From: Betaproteobacteria bacterium
GTDB taxonomy: Bacteria; Pseudomonadota; Gammaproteobacteria; Burkholderiales; Burkholderiaceae_C
Assembly: GCA_009923315.1 (NCBI GenBank)
Contig: RFTU01000004.1
Coordinates: forward strand, 3,187 to 67,186
DNA length: 64,000 nt
Direction: 5' to 3'
Numbering within the stretch: the stretch's first letter is position 1; the number at the start of each line of letters is the position of its first letter. Position numbers and translations under genes: made by a program. Shown here in pieces: positions 50,548 to 60,799 of this stretch. Below the pieces are notes generated by a model, which saw only the letters and a program-made list of their open reading frames with translations, did no database searches and was not told where the DNA came from.

Positions 50548-52506
50548 ATGGCCCTGGTCACCCTGTCCCGCCTTCAACTCGCCTTCGGTCATGTGCCGCT
50601 GTTGGACGCGGCGGCCTTCTCGCTGGAGGCCGCCGAGCGCGTGGCCTTGATTGGGCGCAACGGCGCGGGCAAGTCATCGCTGCTCAAGATCATGGCGGGG
50701 TTGGAGCAGCCCGACGATGGCGACATGCAGGTTCAGCAGGGTCTGCGCCGCGTGTATGTGGCCCAGGAACCCCAATTCCCAGACGATTGCACGGTGTTCG
50801 AGGCCGTCAGCCTGGGCCTGGGCGAGGTGCTGAGCCTGCGTCGGCGATACGACGCCCTGTTGCAGGATCCTGAGGCGGCCGCAGGACGGGAGGGTTCTTC
50901 GGGAAGCTCAGCGGTGTTCAGCCATGAGCTGGACCATCTGCACAGCCGACTGGACGCACTGGAAGGCTGGGCCTGGGAAGCGCGTGTGCAGGAGGCGCTG
51001 CAGCGGCTGCACCTCAGCGCCGATGCCGCGGTGGCGCGGCTGTCCGGCGGCACACGAAAGCGCGTGGCCCTGGCGCAGGCGCTGGTCTCCAGGCCCGATG
51101 TGCTGTTGTTGGACGAGCCCACCAACCACCTGGACCTGGACGCCATCGAATGGCTGCAGGCCTTGCTCCAGGACTGGCGGGGCGCACTGGTCTTCATCTC
51201 GCACGACCGCGCCTTCATCGATGCGGTGGCCACTCGGATCGTCGAACTCGATCGTGGCGTGTTGCGCAGCTACCCCGGTGCCTATGCGGCTTTCGAGCAG
51301 GCGCGCGAACGCGAACTGGAGGCGCAGGCCCTGGCCACCGCCCGCGCAGACAAGCTGCTGGCGCAGGAAGAGGTGTGGATTCGCAAGGGCGTGGAGGCTC
51401 GGCGAACCCGCAGCGTCTCGCGTGTGGCACGGCTGCAGAACCTTCGCCTGCAACGGGCGCAGCGCCGCGAACAGCTCGGACAGGTCAAGCTGGAACTCGA
51501 TTCCGGCGTGCCCAGCGGCAAGATCGTGGCCGAGTTGAAGGAGGTGGGCTTGCGCCATGGCCCTGACCAGCCCTGGTTGGTCAAGCGCTTTTCCTCCACC
51601 ATCCTGCGCGGCGACAAGGTGGGCCTGATCGGGCCCAATGGGGCGGGCAAGACCAGCCTGCTGCGCCTGATCCTGGGTCAGGCCGAACCCACTGAAGGTC
51701 GCGTGCGGCGCGGCACCCAACTGCAGGTGGCCTACTTTGACCAGATGCGCACCGGACTGAACCTGGACGCCACACTGGCCGACACCATCAGCCCAGGCAG
51801 TGAGTGGATCGACATCAACGGCACCCGCAAGCATGTGATGGGCTACCTGGGCGACTTTCTGTTTTCACCCGAGCGGGCCAACAGCCCCGTGCGCACGCTG
51901 TCGGGGGGTGAGCGCAACCGCCTGCTGCTGGCGCGCCTGTTCGCCCTGCCGGCCAATGTGTTGGTGCTTGACGAACCCACCAACGACCTGGACATCGACA
52001 CCCTGGAGTTGCTGGAGGAGCTGTTGCAGCAGTATCGCGGCACGGTGTTCCTGGTCAGCCACGACCGCCGCTTTGTCGACGCGGTGGTCACCAGCACCGT
52101 GGCCTGGGAGGGCGACCCGGCGCAGGGGGGGCAGCCCGGTCTGTGGCGCGAGTACGAGGGCGGCATCGAGGATTGGATCGTGCAGCGCAACCGCTGGCGG
52201 GCGATGCAGGCCCAAGCGCTTGCCCCGGCGCCCGAGCCAGGACGACCCCCTGCGGTCTCGGACCCGCCGGCGGCGCCCACGCCCAAGCGCAAGCTCAGCT
52301 ACAAGGAGCAACGCGAACTGGATGCCTTGCCCGCGAGGATCGATCAGCTCGAATCCGAACAGCGCGAGATTCAGCAGGCCTTGGCCGATGGCTCGATGTT
52401 CACGAAGGACCTGGAGCGGGCCACGACGCTGAGCCAGCGCAGCGCCAGCATTGAAGAGGAATTGATGAACGCGCTGGAGCGCTGGGAGGCGCTGGGTTCG
52501 CGCTGA
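50548..52506 (+). CDS. uup: ABC-F family ATPase (Uup type)
   Basis: Two ABC cassettes (GRNGAGKSS and GPNGAGKTS; LSGGTRKRVALA and LSGGERNRLLLA). There is a C-terminal coiled-coil, KLSYKEQRELDALPARIDQLESEQ. Confidence 0.85.
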   Translation: MALVTLSRLQLAFGHVPLLDAAAFSLEAAERVALIGRNGAGKSSLLKIMAGLEQPDDGDMQVQQGLRRVYVAQEPQFPDDCTVFEAVSLGLGEVLSLRRRYDALLQDPEAAAGREGSSGSSAVFSHELDHLHSRLDALEGWAWEARVQEALQRLHLSADAAVARLSGGTRKRVALAQALVSRPDVLLLDEPTNHLDLDAIEWLQALLQDWRGALVFISHDRAFIDAVATRIVELDRGVLRSYPGAYAAFEQARERELEAQALATARADKLLAQEEVWIRKGVEARRTRSVSRVARLQNLRLQRAQRREQLGQVKLELDSGVPSGKIVAELKEVGLRHGPDQPWLVKRFSSTILRGDKVGLIGPNGAGKTSLLRLILGQAEPTEGRVRRGTQLQVAYFDQMRTGLNLDATLADTISPGSEWIDINGTRKHVMGYLGDFLFSPERANSPVRTLSGGERNRLLLARLFALPANVLVLDEPTNDLDIDTLELLEELLQQYRGTVFLVSHDRRFVDAVVTSTVAWEGDPAQGGQPGLWREYEGGIEDWIVQRNRWRAMQAQALAPAPEPGRPPAVSDPPAAPTPKRKLSYKEQRELDALPARIDQLESEQREIQQALADGSMFTKDLERATTLSQRSASIEEELMNALERWEALGSR

Positions 52507-52542
52507 CCATCGGCCAACGGTCCGCGCCGGCGCCTCGGGGCT

Positions 52543-53049
52543 TCAGGTGGCGGCCAGCTCCAGAACTTTTTCCAATGCCGCCTGAACCGTTGCCAGGCGC
52601 ACGGCAGCGCGGTCACCCGACAGTTGCAGCCGTTGCGTGCCGGCACCCCCATCACCGCGTTCGGGATTGCGCACGGCCCAGCCCAGCCATACCGTGCCCA
52701 CGGGTTTGCCGGGCACCGCGCCGCCGGGCCCGGCGATGCCGGTGACCGCCACCGCCACCTGGGCACGCGACCGCTGCAGCGCGCCCTCGGCCATGGCCTG
52801 CGCCACGGCCGCGCTCACGGCGCCGTGCTGCGCGATCGCCTGCGCGGGCACGCCCAGCAACTCGGTCTTGGCCTCATTGCTGTAGGTGATGAAGCCGCGC
52901 TCGAACCAGGCGCTGGACCCGGCGCGGTCGGTGCAGCGCGCCGCGATCATGCCCCCGGTGCAGCTCTCAGCCGTGGCCATGAACCAGCCGCGTCGCGCCA
53001 AGGCGTGCGCCACTTGCTCCACCAGCCCGCTCATCGATGGATCCGCCAT
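52543..53049 (-). CDS. pncC: nicotinamide-nucleotide amidohydrolase (CinA C-terminal domain family)
   Basis: Within ORF 52543..53115. Starting at MADPSM gives 168 aa. Motifs: [20 protein letters not shown] and [12 protein letters not shown]. Confidence 0.8.
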   Translation of the reverse strand: MADPSMSGLVEQVAHALARRGWFMATAESCTGGMIAARCTDRAGSSAWFERGFITYSNEAKTELLGVPAQAIAQHGAVSAAVAQAMAEGALQRSRAQVAVAVTGIAGPGGAVPGKPVGTVWLGWAVRNPERGDGGAGTQRLQLSGDRAAVRLATVQAALEKVLELAAT

Positions 53050-53059
53050 GGCCCGCCTT

Positions 53060-53623
53060 TCAGAACGACCAGATGGCCCACAACAGCACCACGCAGAAGG
53101 CGGCCACCAGGTCATCGAACAGGATGCCCCAGCCCTGCAGCCACCCCACCGGCGTGGCCGACCGCGGCTTGAAGAGCTGATCGGCCCAATTCACGGGTGG
53201 TGGCTTGACCGCATCGAAGAAGCGGAACAGGGCAAACGCCAGCGACTGCTCCCACCACGAGGCGGGCTGGATCATCAGCAGCACGATCCAGAACGCCACG
53301 ATCTCGTCCCACACGATGCAGGAGGGGTCGGCCATCCCCAGCTCCCGCGCTGTTCGGGTACAGGCCCACACACCCACGCCGATGCCCACGGCGATCAGCC
53401 ACCACCACTGGGCATCGTCCAGGAACGGCTCGAGCACCAGAAAACTGACCCAGGACCACAAGGTGCCCACCGTGCCGGGGGCGAAGGGGGACAGCCCGCT
53501 GCCCAGTCCCAGCGCCATCGCACGCGCCGGGTGGCCCAACATGAAGCGCGCGGTGGGACGGCGCCCGGGTGCGGCCGCCGCAGGTGCGGATGAGTCCACG
53601 GGTGGAGTCGGGTCTGCGTTCAC
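53060..53623 (-). CDS. pgpA: phosphatidylglycerophosphatase A
   Basis: 187 aa. Motifs: [17 protein letters not shown] and [11 protein letters not shown] are typical of PgpA. There is a 4-nt overlap with the thiL stop. Confidence 0.85.
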   Translation of the reverse strand: MNADPTPPVDSSAPAAAAPGRRPTARFMLGHPARAMALGLGSGLSPFAPGTVGTLWSWVSFLVLEPFLDDAQWWWLIAVGIGVGVWACTRTARELGMADPSCIVWDEIVAFWIVLLMIQPASWWEQSLAFALFRFFDAVKPPPVNWADQLFKPRSATPVGWLQGWGILFDDLVAAFCVVLLWAIWSF

Positions 53624-54699
53624 GGGCTGCCCTGCCCGCCCATTCGACCGCCCGAGCCCGAGCCTGAGCCCGAGCCACTGTCCGACCCATCGCGAAAGTG
53701 ATCAAAGCTGTGCGGCAACCGCTCCGAGGGCCAGGCGGGTGCGCCGGCTGCGCAGGCGGCCTCGTCATCGAACACCCGTATACCCGAACCCTGCACCACT
53801 TGGCCGATGCGGCTGAGCGCAAGGCCGCACTGGGCGGCGTGATCCGGTAGCTGGTGGCGGCAGGAAGCGGGCGCGCTGATCAGCAGCTCATAGTCGTCGC
53901 CCCCGGCCAGCAGGCAGTCACGCTGCAGCGCGGGCGTTTGAAGGGCAAGCCAGTGGCTGCGCGGCAAGGCCGCCCACCACAACTGGGCGCCCACGCCGCT
54001 GGCCTTGAGCACATGCCCCAGGTCACCGATCAGCCCGTCGCTCAGGTCGATGGCCGCGTGTGCGAGGCCCCTCATCGCCAACCCCAGGGCCACACGTGGC
54101 TGCGGCCACTCCATTCGCTCACGCACGGCCTCCAAGCCGCCCTGCGGCAGGCCGGTGCGCCCCCTGAAGACCTCCAACGCCAAGCGGGCGTCACCGATGC
54201 CGAGCCCGCCTTCCCGCGGGTGGCTGACCCACAGGTCGTCACCGGCCACGGCGCCTGAACGCAACAGCGCCTCACCCGCCGGTACGGTACCCATCGCCGT
54301 GACCGCGATGTTCAGCGGCCCACCGGTGGTGTCGCCGCCTGCCAGCACGATGCCATGGGCATCGGCCAGGGCGAAAAAGCCCTGGGCGAAGGCCCTCAAC
54401 CACGACTCGTCTGCGCGGGGCAGGGTGAGGTTGAGCGTGCAGGCTCGTGGTTGCGCGCCACAGGCGGCCAGGTCGCTGAGGTTCACCGCCAGGGCCTTGT
54501 GACCCAGGGCCACAGGGTCGACCGTGGACAGGAAGTGGCGGCCTTCCACCAGCGTGTCGGTGCTCACCGCCCACTGCTCGCCGGCGTGCACCTGCAGCAG
54601 CGCGCAGTCGTCGCCGCCGCCCAGAACGACGCGGTCTCGACGCGCGTCCTGCGGACGGCGCAGGATGCGCTCGATCAGTTCGAATTCGCCCAAGGCCAT
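53620..54699 (-). CDS. thiL: thiamine-monophosphate kinase
   Basis: MALGEFELIERI...GDDCALL...STDTLVEGRHF...GHKALAVNLSDLAA are ThiL motifs. There is an unusual Gly/Ser-rich C-terminal tail. Confidence 0.9.
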   Translation of the reverse strand: MALGEFELIERILRRPQDARRDRVVLGGGDDCALLQVHAGEQWAVSTDTLVEGRHFLSTVDPVALGHKALAVNLSDLAACGAQPRACTLNLTLPRADESWLRAFAQGFFALADAHGIVLAGGDTTGGPLNIAVTAMGTVPAGEALLRSGAVAGDDLWVSHPREGGLGIGDARLALEVFRGRTGLPQGGLEAVRERMEWPQPRVALGLAMRGLAHAAIDLSDGLIGDLGHVLKASGVGAQLWWAALPRSHWLALQTPALQRDCLLAGGDDYELLISAPASCRHQLPDHAAQCGLALSRIGQVVQGSGIRVFDDEAACAAGAPAWPSERLPHSFDHFRDGSDSGSGSGSGSGGRMGGQGSP

Positions 54700-54721
54700 C
54701 GATCAGGCTCCACGGTCCCGT

Positions 54722-55498
54722 TCACGCGCCCGCATCGCGCCCGCGGGCGCCCGATGCACCTGGGCGTGCAGCCCACTGCGCCCGCAAGGGTGGATGCGCG
54801 TTCATCAGGTTCACCAACTCCACCGCCGACTTCACGCCCATCTTGTCGAACACGCGCGAGCGGTGCACTTCAACGGTCCGCACCGAGATGTCCAGCTCAT
54901 CGGCAATCAGCTTGTTGGGCAGACCCTCCATCACCAGACTCATCACCTCACGCTCGCGTTCGGTCAACTCCTGCAGGGCCGTGCGCATGGTCAGCACGGC
55001 ACGCTCGGCCAACAAGGCCCGAGCGCTCAGCGCCAGGGCCTGTTCGATGCGGTCCACCAGGGCGTTGTCCGAAAAAGGCTTTTCCACGAAATCGAAGGCG
55101 CCGCGCTTGACCGCGCCCACGGCCGTGGGGACATCGCCGTGTCCAGTGAGAAAGATCACCGGCAGGCGTCCGAGCAAGCCGCGAGCGGCCAAGCGTTCGA
55201 ACAACTCCGGCCCGCTCATGCCAGGCATGCGCACATCCAGCAGCAGGCACGATGGGCTGCGTGGCCACTCCTGGAGGCTCGGGCCTGCGGCACCCGGCGC
55301 GTTGGCCGGCGGGTCCACGGCAGCGCCCGCGGGCGGAGGCAGGTGGGCCTCGAAGGCCTCTGCACTGGCAAAACCTTCACTGAGCAGTCGACGGCTGCGC
55401 AAGAGCCAGGCCAGCGCCTCGCGCACCACCGCTTCATCGTCGACCAGGTACACCACGGGCAGGCCCAGGCTGGCGGTGGTGTTGGGGGCGGCGGTCAT
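54722..55498 (-). CDS. response regulator, FixJ/NarL (LuxR HTH) type
   Basis: The receiver has VYLVDDE and LLLDVRMPGMSG. The C-terminal HTH is LTEREREVMSLVMEGLPNKLIADELDISVRTVEVHRSRVFDKMGV. There is a 4-nt overlap with the kinase gene stop. Confidence 0.85.
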   Translation of the reverse strand: MTAAPNTTASLGLPVVYLVDDEAVVREALAWLLRSRRLLSEGFASAEAFEAHLPPPAGAAVDPPANAPGAAGPSLQEWPRSPSCLLLDVRMPGMSGPELFERLAARGLLGRLPVIFLTGHGDVPTAVGAVKRGAFDFVEKPFSDNALVDRIEQALALSARALLAERAVLTMRTALQELTEREREVMSLVMEGLPNKLIADELDISVRTVEVHRSRVFDKMGVKSAVELVNLMNAHPPLRAQWAARPGASGARGRDAGA

Positions 55499-57675
55499 GG
55501 CGGGGACGGTCGTTCAATCGCAGGCAGCGGCTGCGAGTCCGAAGTATCTCCCGCACGCGGCACGGTGAACCGGAAGCGGCAGCCGGTCTGCGGCGCACCG
55601 GGGCCGGCGACATCGTGCTCCAAGGTGCTGCCATGCTGCTCCACCACGGTGCGGCACAGGCTCAGGCCCAGGCCCATGCCATCGGCGCGGGTGGTGAAGA
55701 AAGGGGTGAACAGTTGGGCGGCCACATCGGGCGCGATACCCGGGCCGCTGTCCTGCACCTCGAACTGAACCCGTCCGTTGGGCAGGCCTCGGACATCCAG
55801 ATGCAACACGCGTTGCGGCAGCGGCGTGTCGCGCTCCATGGCCTGGATGCCGTTGCGGGTCAGGTTCAGCAGCACCTGCTCCAGCATGGTGCGGTCCACC
55901 TGCACCTTCAGGCCTGGGGGGTGTTCGTGCACCTCCACCCGCGCGCCGCTCTTGCGCGCCTGCAGCCGCACCAGCGGCAGCACGCCCTCCAGGAGCTGCT
56001 GCACGGCAACCGTCTCGCGCAATTGCTCACGGCGGCGGACGAAGTCGTGCACGCTCTTGATCACGCGCCCGGCGCGCTCGGCCTGCTCGCCCATGCGGGT
56101 GACGGCCTCGCGCAACAGGGGCAGGGTGTGCGGATCCGGATCGGCCAGCAGGTTCTGGCAACCGCTGGCGTAACTGGCAATGGCCGCCAGCGGCTGGTTC
56201 AGCTCGTGGCTGAGCAGCGAAGCCATCTCGCCCATGGTGGCCAGCCGTGCCGTGGCCTGCAGCCGCTCCTGCTGTTGCCGCGCCAGCTCCTCGTTGCGCT
56301 GGCGTTCGCTCACATCCAGCACCGCGCTCATCCAGCCCGTCTGTTGTCCCGCCCCATCCACCAGCGGCGCTTCGTAGATCATCACGGGAAACCGTTCGCC
56401 GTCGGCGCGCATGAACACGGTCTCAAAGCCCTGTAGCGTGGCGGGCAGGCCTTCGGCTGGGGCCGCCTCGCTTGCGGGGGCGCTGGCCAGCGTGCGAGCA
56501 GGCAGGGGGTTCGTGGCGCCCGCCCCGGCCGCTGGTGGCGGGAGTTGTCGCGTGGACTGTCGCCGGCTGTATTCTTCGACCCGCTCGGGCGGCCAATAAG
56601 GCGGCAAGGCCCCGCCCGGTCCGCCACTGCCCAAGAGTTGCGGCGCCGAAAACCCCACCATGCTGCAGAAGGCCGGATTCACATAGGTGATGCGCCCGTC
56701 CAGGTCGCGCGCGCGCAGTCCGGTGTTCAGCGAGTCTTCCATGGCCTTGCGAAAACCCAGTGACTCGGCCAGGGCCTGCTCCGCGGCGCTTCGCCGGCGC
56801 ATGTCGCGCAGCAGCAGGATCACCACCACCGTCAGCGCGATCGACAGGCCCAGCACCAGGGCCGTGGTCACATTGGGCAACAGGCCTGGCCGCCCCAGCG
56901 TGTCGTCGACCTTGATCTCCACGACCGCGCCTGGCAGATCGACCGGCCGGCGCGCCACATAAAGCCCCTGGCCCCGCGCTGCGCCGTGTCGAGCCAGCCG
57001 GGCGCCATCGGGCTCCACGAAGGTGATTTCATAGCGGTTGTCCTGCGGCGCTACGGCCTCCAGCAGCTGCTCCAAAGGCACGGTGGCCACCGAGAAACCG
57101 GAGGCTCGGCCGGCTTCCTGCTCGGGCAGGCACACGTCCAACACTTCCAGTCCCGCCCCCCCTGGCAGTGGCACGAAATACGAGCGTGAGAACTGCGGGC
57201 TCAGCGTCCCCAGCGCAGCCGCACAGGCCTGGTCGCTGTCCATGCGCAGCAGGTCCCGGGCCTTCAGACCGAACAGGGGTTGACCCAGTGGACTGTCCAC
57301 GGCGCTCACGATGCGCCCCTGGGCATTGCGCCGCTCCAGCCGCGCGATCTCCGGCACGCGCGCCAGCATTTGCCGGGCTTGAGCCGTCCAGTCCGCAGGT
57401 TCGACCGACCACTGCAAGCCCTGCACCGCTTGCAAGCGTTGGATGGCCAGGCGCCGCACACCCTGTGCGGCCGATGCGGCCACCGCCTCGGCGCGGTCCA
57501 TGGCGCGGCTGTCCTCGTAGCGCAGGGTCAGCATGACCAGCAGGCTCTGTCCCACCACCAGCAGTCCCACCAACGCGCTCCACAGCAGCCAGCGCGGCAG
57601 GGCACCGGCGGGCGCAGCCGGCCAGGGGCCGCCGGCGCCCGGGGAGCCGGCGGCTCGCAGGAAATCGAGTTTCAC
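55495..57675 (-). CDS. sensor histidine kinase (periplasmic sensor, PAS, HisKA, HATPase)
   Basis: Within ORF 55495..57906. The H-box is LSHELNQPLAAI, the N-box is LNLTRNGIQAM and the G-boxes are DSGPGI and GMGLGLSL. I chose the GTG at 57675 (VKLDFLR) to avoid overlapping maeB. The start is uncertain. Confidence 0.7.
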   Translation of the reverse strand: MKLDFLRAAGSPGAGGPWPAAPAGALPRWLLWSALVGLLVVGQSLLVMLTLRYEDSRAMDRAEAVAASAAQGVRRLAIQRLQAVQGLQWSVEPADWTAQARQMLARVPEIARLERRNAQGRIVSAVDSPLGQPLFGLKARDLLRMDSDQACAAALGTLSPQFSRSYFVPLPGGAGLEVLDVCLPEQEAGRASGFSVATVPLEQLLEAVAPQDNRYEITFVEPDGARLARHGAARGQGLYVARRPVDLPGAVVEIKVDDTLGRPGLLPNVTTALVLGLSIALTVVVILLLRDMRRRSAAEQALAESLGFRKAMEDSLNTGLRARDLDGRITYVNPAFCSMVGFSAPQLLGSGGPGGALPPYWPPERVEEYSRRQSTRQLPPPAAGAGATNPLPARTLASAPASEAAPAEGLPATLQGFETVFMRADGERFPVMIYEAPLVDGAGQQTGWMSAVLDVSERQRNEELARQQQERLQATARLATMGEMASLLSHELNQPLAAIASYASGCQNLLADPDPHTLPLLREAVTRMGEQAERAGRVIKSVHDFVRRREQLRETVAVQQLLEGVLPLVRLQARKSGARVEVHEHPPGLKVQVDRTMLEQVLLNLTRNGIQAMERDTPLPQRVLHLDVRGLPNGRVQFEVQDSGPGIAPDVAAQLFTPFFTTRADGMGLGLSLCRTVVEQHGSTLEHDVAGPGAPQTGCRFRFTVPRAGDTSDSQPLPAIERPSPP

Positions 57676-57796
57676 GGTCTGAGTATGGTCCAGCCGACCG
57701 CCCGGCGCGATCCGCACAAACCGAGCCGTCAGCCGGGCACCGCAGGTGCACAATCTCGCGATGCCGGCCGTCAGGCGGGCGCCAGCAGGACCCGAC

Positions 57797-60115
57797 ATGC
57801 CCACTCCCGAAGAAATGCGAGCCGAATTGCGCCGTGCGGCGCTCGAGTACCACGAGTTCCCCACGCCCGGCAAAGTCGCCATCGCCGCCACCAAGCAGTT
57901 GGTCAACCAGCGCGACTTGGCCCTGGCCTATTCCCCGGGTGTGGCCGCGGCCTGCGAGGAGATCGTGGCCGACCCCGACAACGCCTTCCGCTACACCTCA
58001 CGCGGCAACCTGGTGGCGGTGATCACCAACGGCACCGCGGTACTGGGTCTTGGCGACATCGGCCCCTTGGCCGCCAAGCCGGTCATGGAAGGCAAGGCCG
58101 TCCTGTTCAAGAAGTTTGCCGGCATCGATGTGTTTGACATCGAGGTCAACGAGAAGAACCTCGACAAACTGGTGGATGTGATCGCCGCGCTCGAGCCCAC
58201 CTTCGGCGGCGTGAACCTCGAAGACATCAAGGCGCCGGACTGCTTCTATGTCGAGCGCCAACTCCGCGAGCGCATGAAGATCCCGGTCTTCCACGACGAC
58301 CAGCACGGGACCGCCATCGTGGTGGGCGCGGCCTTCCTCAACGGCCTGAAAGTGGTGGGCAAAGACATCCGCAAGGTCAAGCTGGTGGTGTCGGGTGCCG
58401 GTGCAGCCGCCTTGGCCTGCCTGGGCCTGCTGGTCAAGCTCGGCTTGCCCCGCGAAAACATCTGGGTCACCGACCTGGCCGGTGTGGTCTACAAGGGCCG
58501 CACCGAACTGATGGACCCCGACAAGGCCGAATTCGCCCAGCCAACCCCGATGCGCACCCTGGCCGAGGTCATCGAAGGCGCCGATGCCTTTCTGGGCCTG
58601 TCCGCCGGGGGTGTGCTCAAGCCCGAGATGGTGGCCAAGATGGCCGACCAGCCGATGATCTTCGCGCTGGCCAATCCCACGCCGGAAATCATGCCCGACG
58701 AGGTCAAGGCCGTGCGCGATGACGCCATCATGGCCACCGGCCGCACGGACTACCCCAACCAGGTCAACAACGTCTTGTGCTTCCCCTACATCTTCCGAGG
58801 CGCGCTCGACAGCGGCGCGACCACCATCACAGCGGAGATGGAAATTGCCGCGGTGCACGCGATTGCGGAGTTGGCGCAGGCCGAACAAAGCGAAGTGGTG
58901 GCGGCCGCCTATGCCGGCGCAACCCTGAGCTTCGGCTCGGAATACCTCATCCCCAAGCCCTTTGATCCGCGCCTGATGATGAAGATCGCCCCGGCCGTGG
59001 CCAAGGCGGCTGCGGACTCGGGAGTGGCCCGCCGCCCCATCAAGGACTTTGACGCCTACCGGGAGAAGCTCCAGGCCTTCGTGTATGCCTCCGGCACCAT
59101 GATGAAGCCGATCTTCAACATCGCCAAGCGCGCCACGAACAAGCGCGTGGCCTATGCCGAGGGCGAGGAAGAGCGCGTGCTGCGCGCCGTGCAGGTGGTG
59201 GTGGACGAAAACCTGGCCCACCCCACCCTGATCGGGCGCCCGGCGGTGATTGCCCAGCGCGTGGAGGCGTTCGGGCTTCGACTGAAGCAGGGCCGCGACT
59301 ACGAGGTGGTCAATGTCGAGCATGACGACCGCTACCGCGACTTCTGGCAGACCTACCACGCGATGACCGACCGCAAGGGCATCACCGTGCAGATGGCCAA
59401 GATCGAGATGCGCCGCCGGCTCACCCTGATCGGCGCCATGATGCTGCACAAGGGCTATGTGGACGGGATGCTGTGCGGCACCTGGGGCACCACGCAGCAG
59501 CACCTGTATTACATCAACCAGGTGATCGGTCGGCGCAAGGGCGGCAGCCTGGCCACGCCTCAGGATGTGCCGGTCTACGCCTGCATGAGCGGCCTGATGC
59601 TGCCCGGGCGCCAGGTGTTCCTCGTGGACACCCATGTCAACGACGATCCCACGCCCGAAGAGTTGTGCGAGATCACCGCCATGGCCGCCGAGGAAGTGCG
59701 CCGATTTGGCGTGCAGCCCAAGGCGGCGCTGCTGAGCCACTCCAACTTCGGGACCAGCGACCACCCCTCGGCGGTGAAGATGCGCCGGACCTTGTCGCTG
59801 CTTCGTGAGCAGGCGCCGTGGCTGGAGGTGGACGGTGAGATGCACGGTGACCTGGCCCTGGACAGTGCGGCCCGAAGGGCCCTGATGCCGCGCACCACCC
59901 TCTCGGGTGAGGCCAACTTGCTGGTGCTGCCCAACATCGACGCCGCCAACATCGCCTACAACCTGCTGAAAACCGCGGCCGGCGGGGGTATCGCCATCGG
60001 GCCGGTGCTCTTGGGTGCTGCCAAGCCCGTGCACATCCTCACGCCCTCGGCCACCGTGCGCCGCATCGTGAACCTCACCGCGCTGACCGTGGCCGATGCG
60101 AACGGGCTTCGATAG
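57797..60115 (+). CDS. maeB: NADP-dependent malic enzyme with C-terminal phosphotransacetylase-like domain
   Basis: Within ORF 57746..60115. Starting at [26 protein letters not shown] gives 772 aa. Motifs: [10 protein letters not shown] and [15 protein letters not shown]. Confidence 0.9.
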   Translation: MPTPEEMRAELRRAALEYHEFPTPGKVAIAATKQLVNQRDLALAYSPGVAAACEEIVADPDNAFRYTSRGNLVAVITNGTAVLGLGDIGPLAAKPVMEGKAVLFKKFAGIDVFDIEVNEKNLDKLVDVIAALEPTFGGVNLEDIKAPDCFYVERQLRERMKIPVFHDDQHGTAIVVGAAFLNGLKVVGKDIRKVKLVVSGAGAAALACLGLLVKLGLPRENIWVTDLAGVVYKGRTELMDPDKAEFAQPTPMRTLAEVIEGADAFLGLSAGGVLKPEMVAKMADQPMIFALANPTPEIMPDEVKAVRDDAIMATGRTDYPNQVNNVLCFPYIFRGALDSGATTITAEMEIAAVHAIAELAQAEQSEVVAAAYAGATLSFGSEYLIPKPFDPRLMMKIAPAVAKAAADSGVARRPIKDFDAYREKLQAFVYASGTMMKPIFNIAKRATNKRVAYAEGEEERVLRAVQVVVDENLAHPTLIGRPAVIAQRVEAFGLRLKQGRDYEVVNVEHDDRYRDFWQTYHAMTDRKGITVQMAKIEMRRRLTLIGAMMLHKGYVDGMLCGTWGTTQQHLYYINQVIGRRKGGSLATPQDVPVYACMSGLMLPGRQVFLVDTHVNDDPTPEELCEITAMAAEEVRRFGVQPKAALLSHSNFGTSDHPSAVKMRRTLSLLREQAPWLEVDGEMHGDLALDSAARRALMPRTTLSGEANLLVLPNIDAANIAYNLLKTAAGGGIAIGPVLLGAAKPVHILTPSATVRRIVNLTALTVADANGLR

Positions 60116-60265
60116 CACCAACTCGGTGCATTCCTTGATCAGTTGATGGTTCTTGAGAAGTAAGTAACCACTGATAACTCTAATTTTCCGATCGACACAG
60201 GGTCTTGGCTTGTCGTTTTGACCCACCCTCGCTATCATGGGGGCAGTCAGATTAAGGGTTATCCC

Positions 60266-60754
60266 GTGTTTTCGACCGTCGGACCATCGTCGGCCCAGGT
60301 GTCCCGTCCGTGGGGGTTGGCTCTCGCGAATGCGGGCGCCAACCGGGTTCCTCGCCGGTCCCTGGGGCGCCTTCGCGGTGTGTGGGCGTTGGCACTGTGT
60401 TGGGGCGTGGCGGGGTCCGTGGCGCCTGCTGCCCTGGCCAAGACCGATCCTGCAGTCCTCGAATGGCCCTCGGTCAGCCTGCAGGCCTTGCCTCAGGAAG
60501 CCCGTGACACCCATCGCTTGATCTTGTCGGGCGGGCCCTTCCCGCACGACAAGGACGGCACCGTGTTCGGCAACCGCGAACGCCTGTTACCCGGCAAGCC
60601 CCGGGGTTTCTACCGTGAATACACGGTCGAAACGCCGAAGGCCAAGAACCGGGGTGCGCGGCGGATCGTGTGTGGCGGTGAACCGCCGGTGCGCCCTGAA
60701 GTCTGCTACTACACGGCCGATCACTACGCGAGCTTCACCCGCATCGCACCGTGA
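60266..60754 (+). CDS. secreted guanyl-specific ribonuclease (RNase Sa / barnase, N1/T1 superfamily)
   Basis: ORF 60218..60754. The C-terminal domain is LPQEARDTHRLILSGGPFPHDKDGTVFGNRERLLPGKPRGFYREYTV...RGARRIVCGG...YYTADHYASF. It aligns by eye to RNase Sa, including the catalytic Glu (NRE), Arg and His (DHY). There is a signal-like segment, RRSLGRLRGVWALALCWGVAGSVAPAALA. The start is uncertain (TTG 60218 or GTG 60266). Confidence 0.8.
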   Translation: MFSTVGPSSAQVSRPWGLALANAGANRVPRRSLGRLRGVWALALCWGVAGSVAPAALAKTDPAVLEWPSVSLQALPQEARDTHRLILSGGPFPHDKDGTVFGNRERLLPGKPRGFYREYTVETPKAKNRGARRIVCGGEPPVRPEVCYYTADHYASFTRIAP

Positions 60755-60799
60755 TCACCGTGATGCTCTTTGGCTGAAGTTTTCCGGAGGAAGAAGAAC

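Noticed and set aside
60218-60238. TTGACC ... TATCAT as a sigma-70 -35/-10 promoter for the RNase gene
   Set aside because: The spacing between the two hexamers is only about 9 nt, against about 17 nt required. The TTG at 60218 is also an unconvincing start codon.
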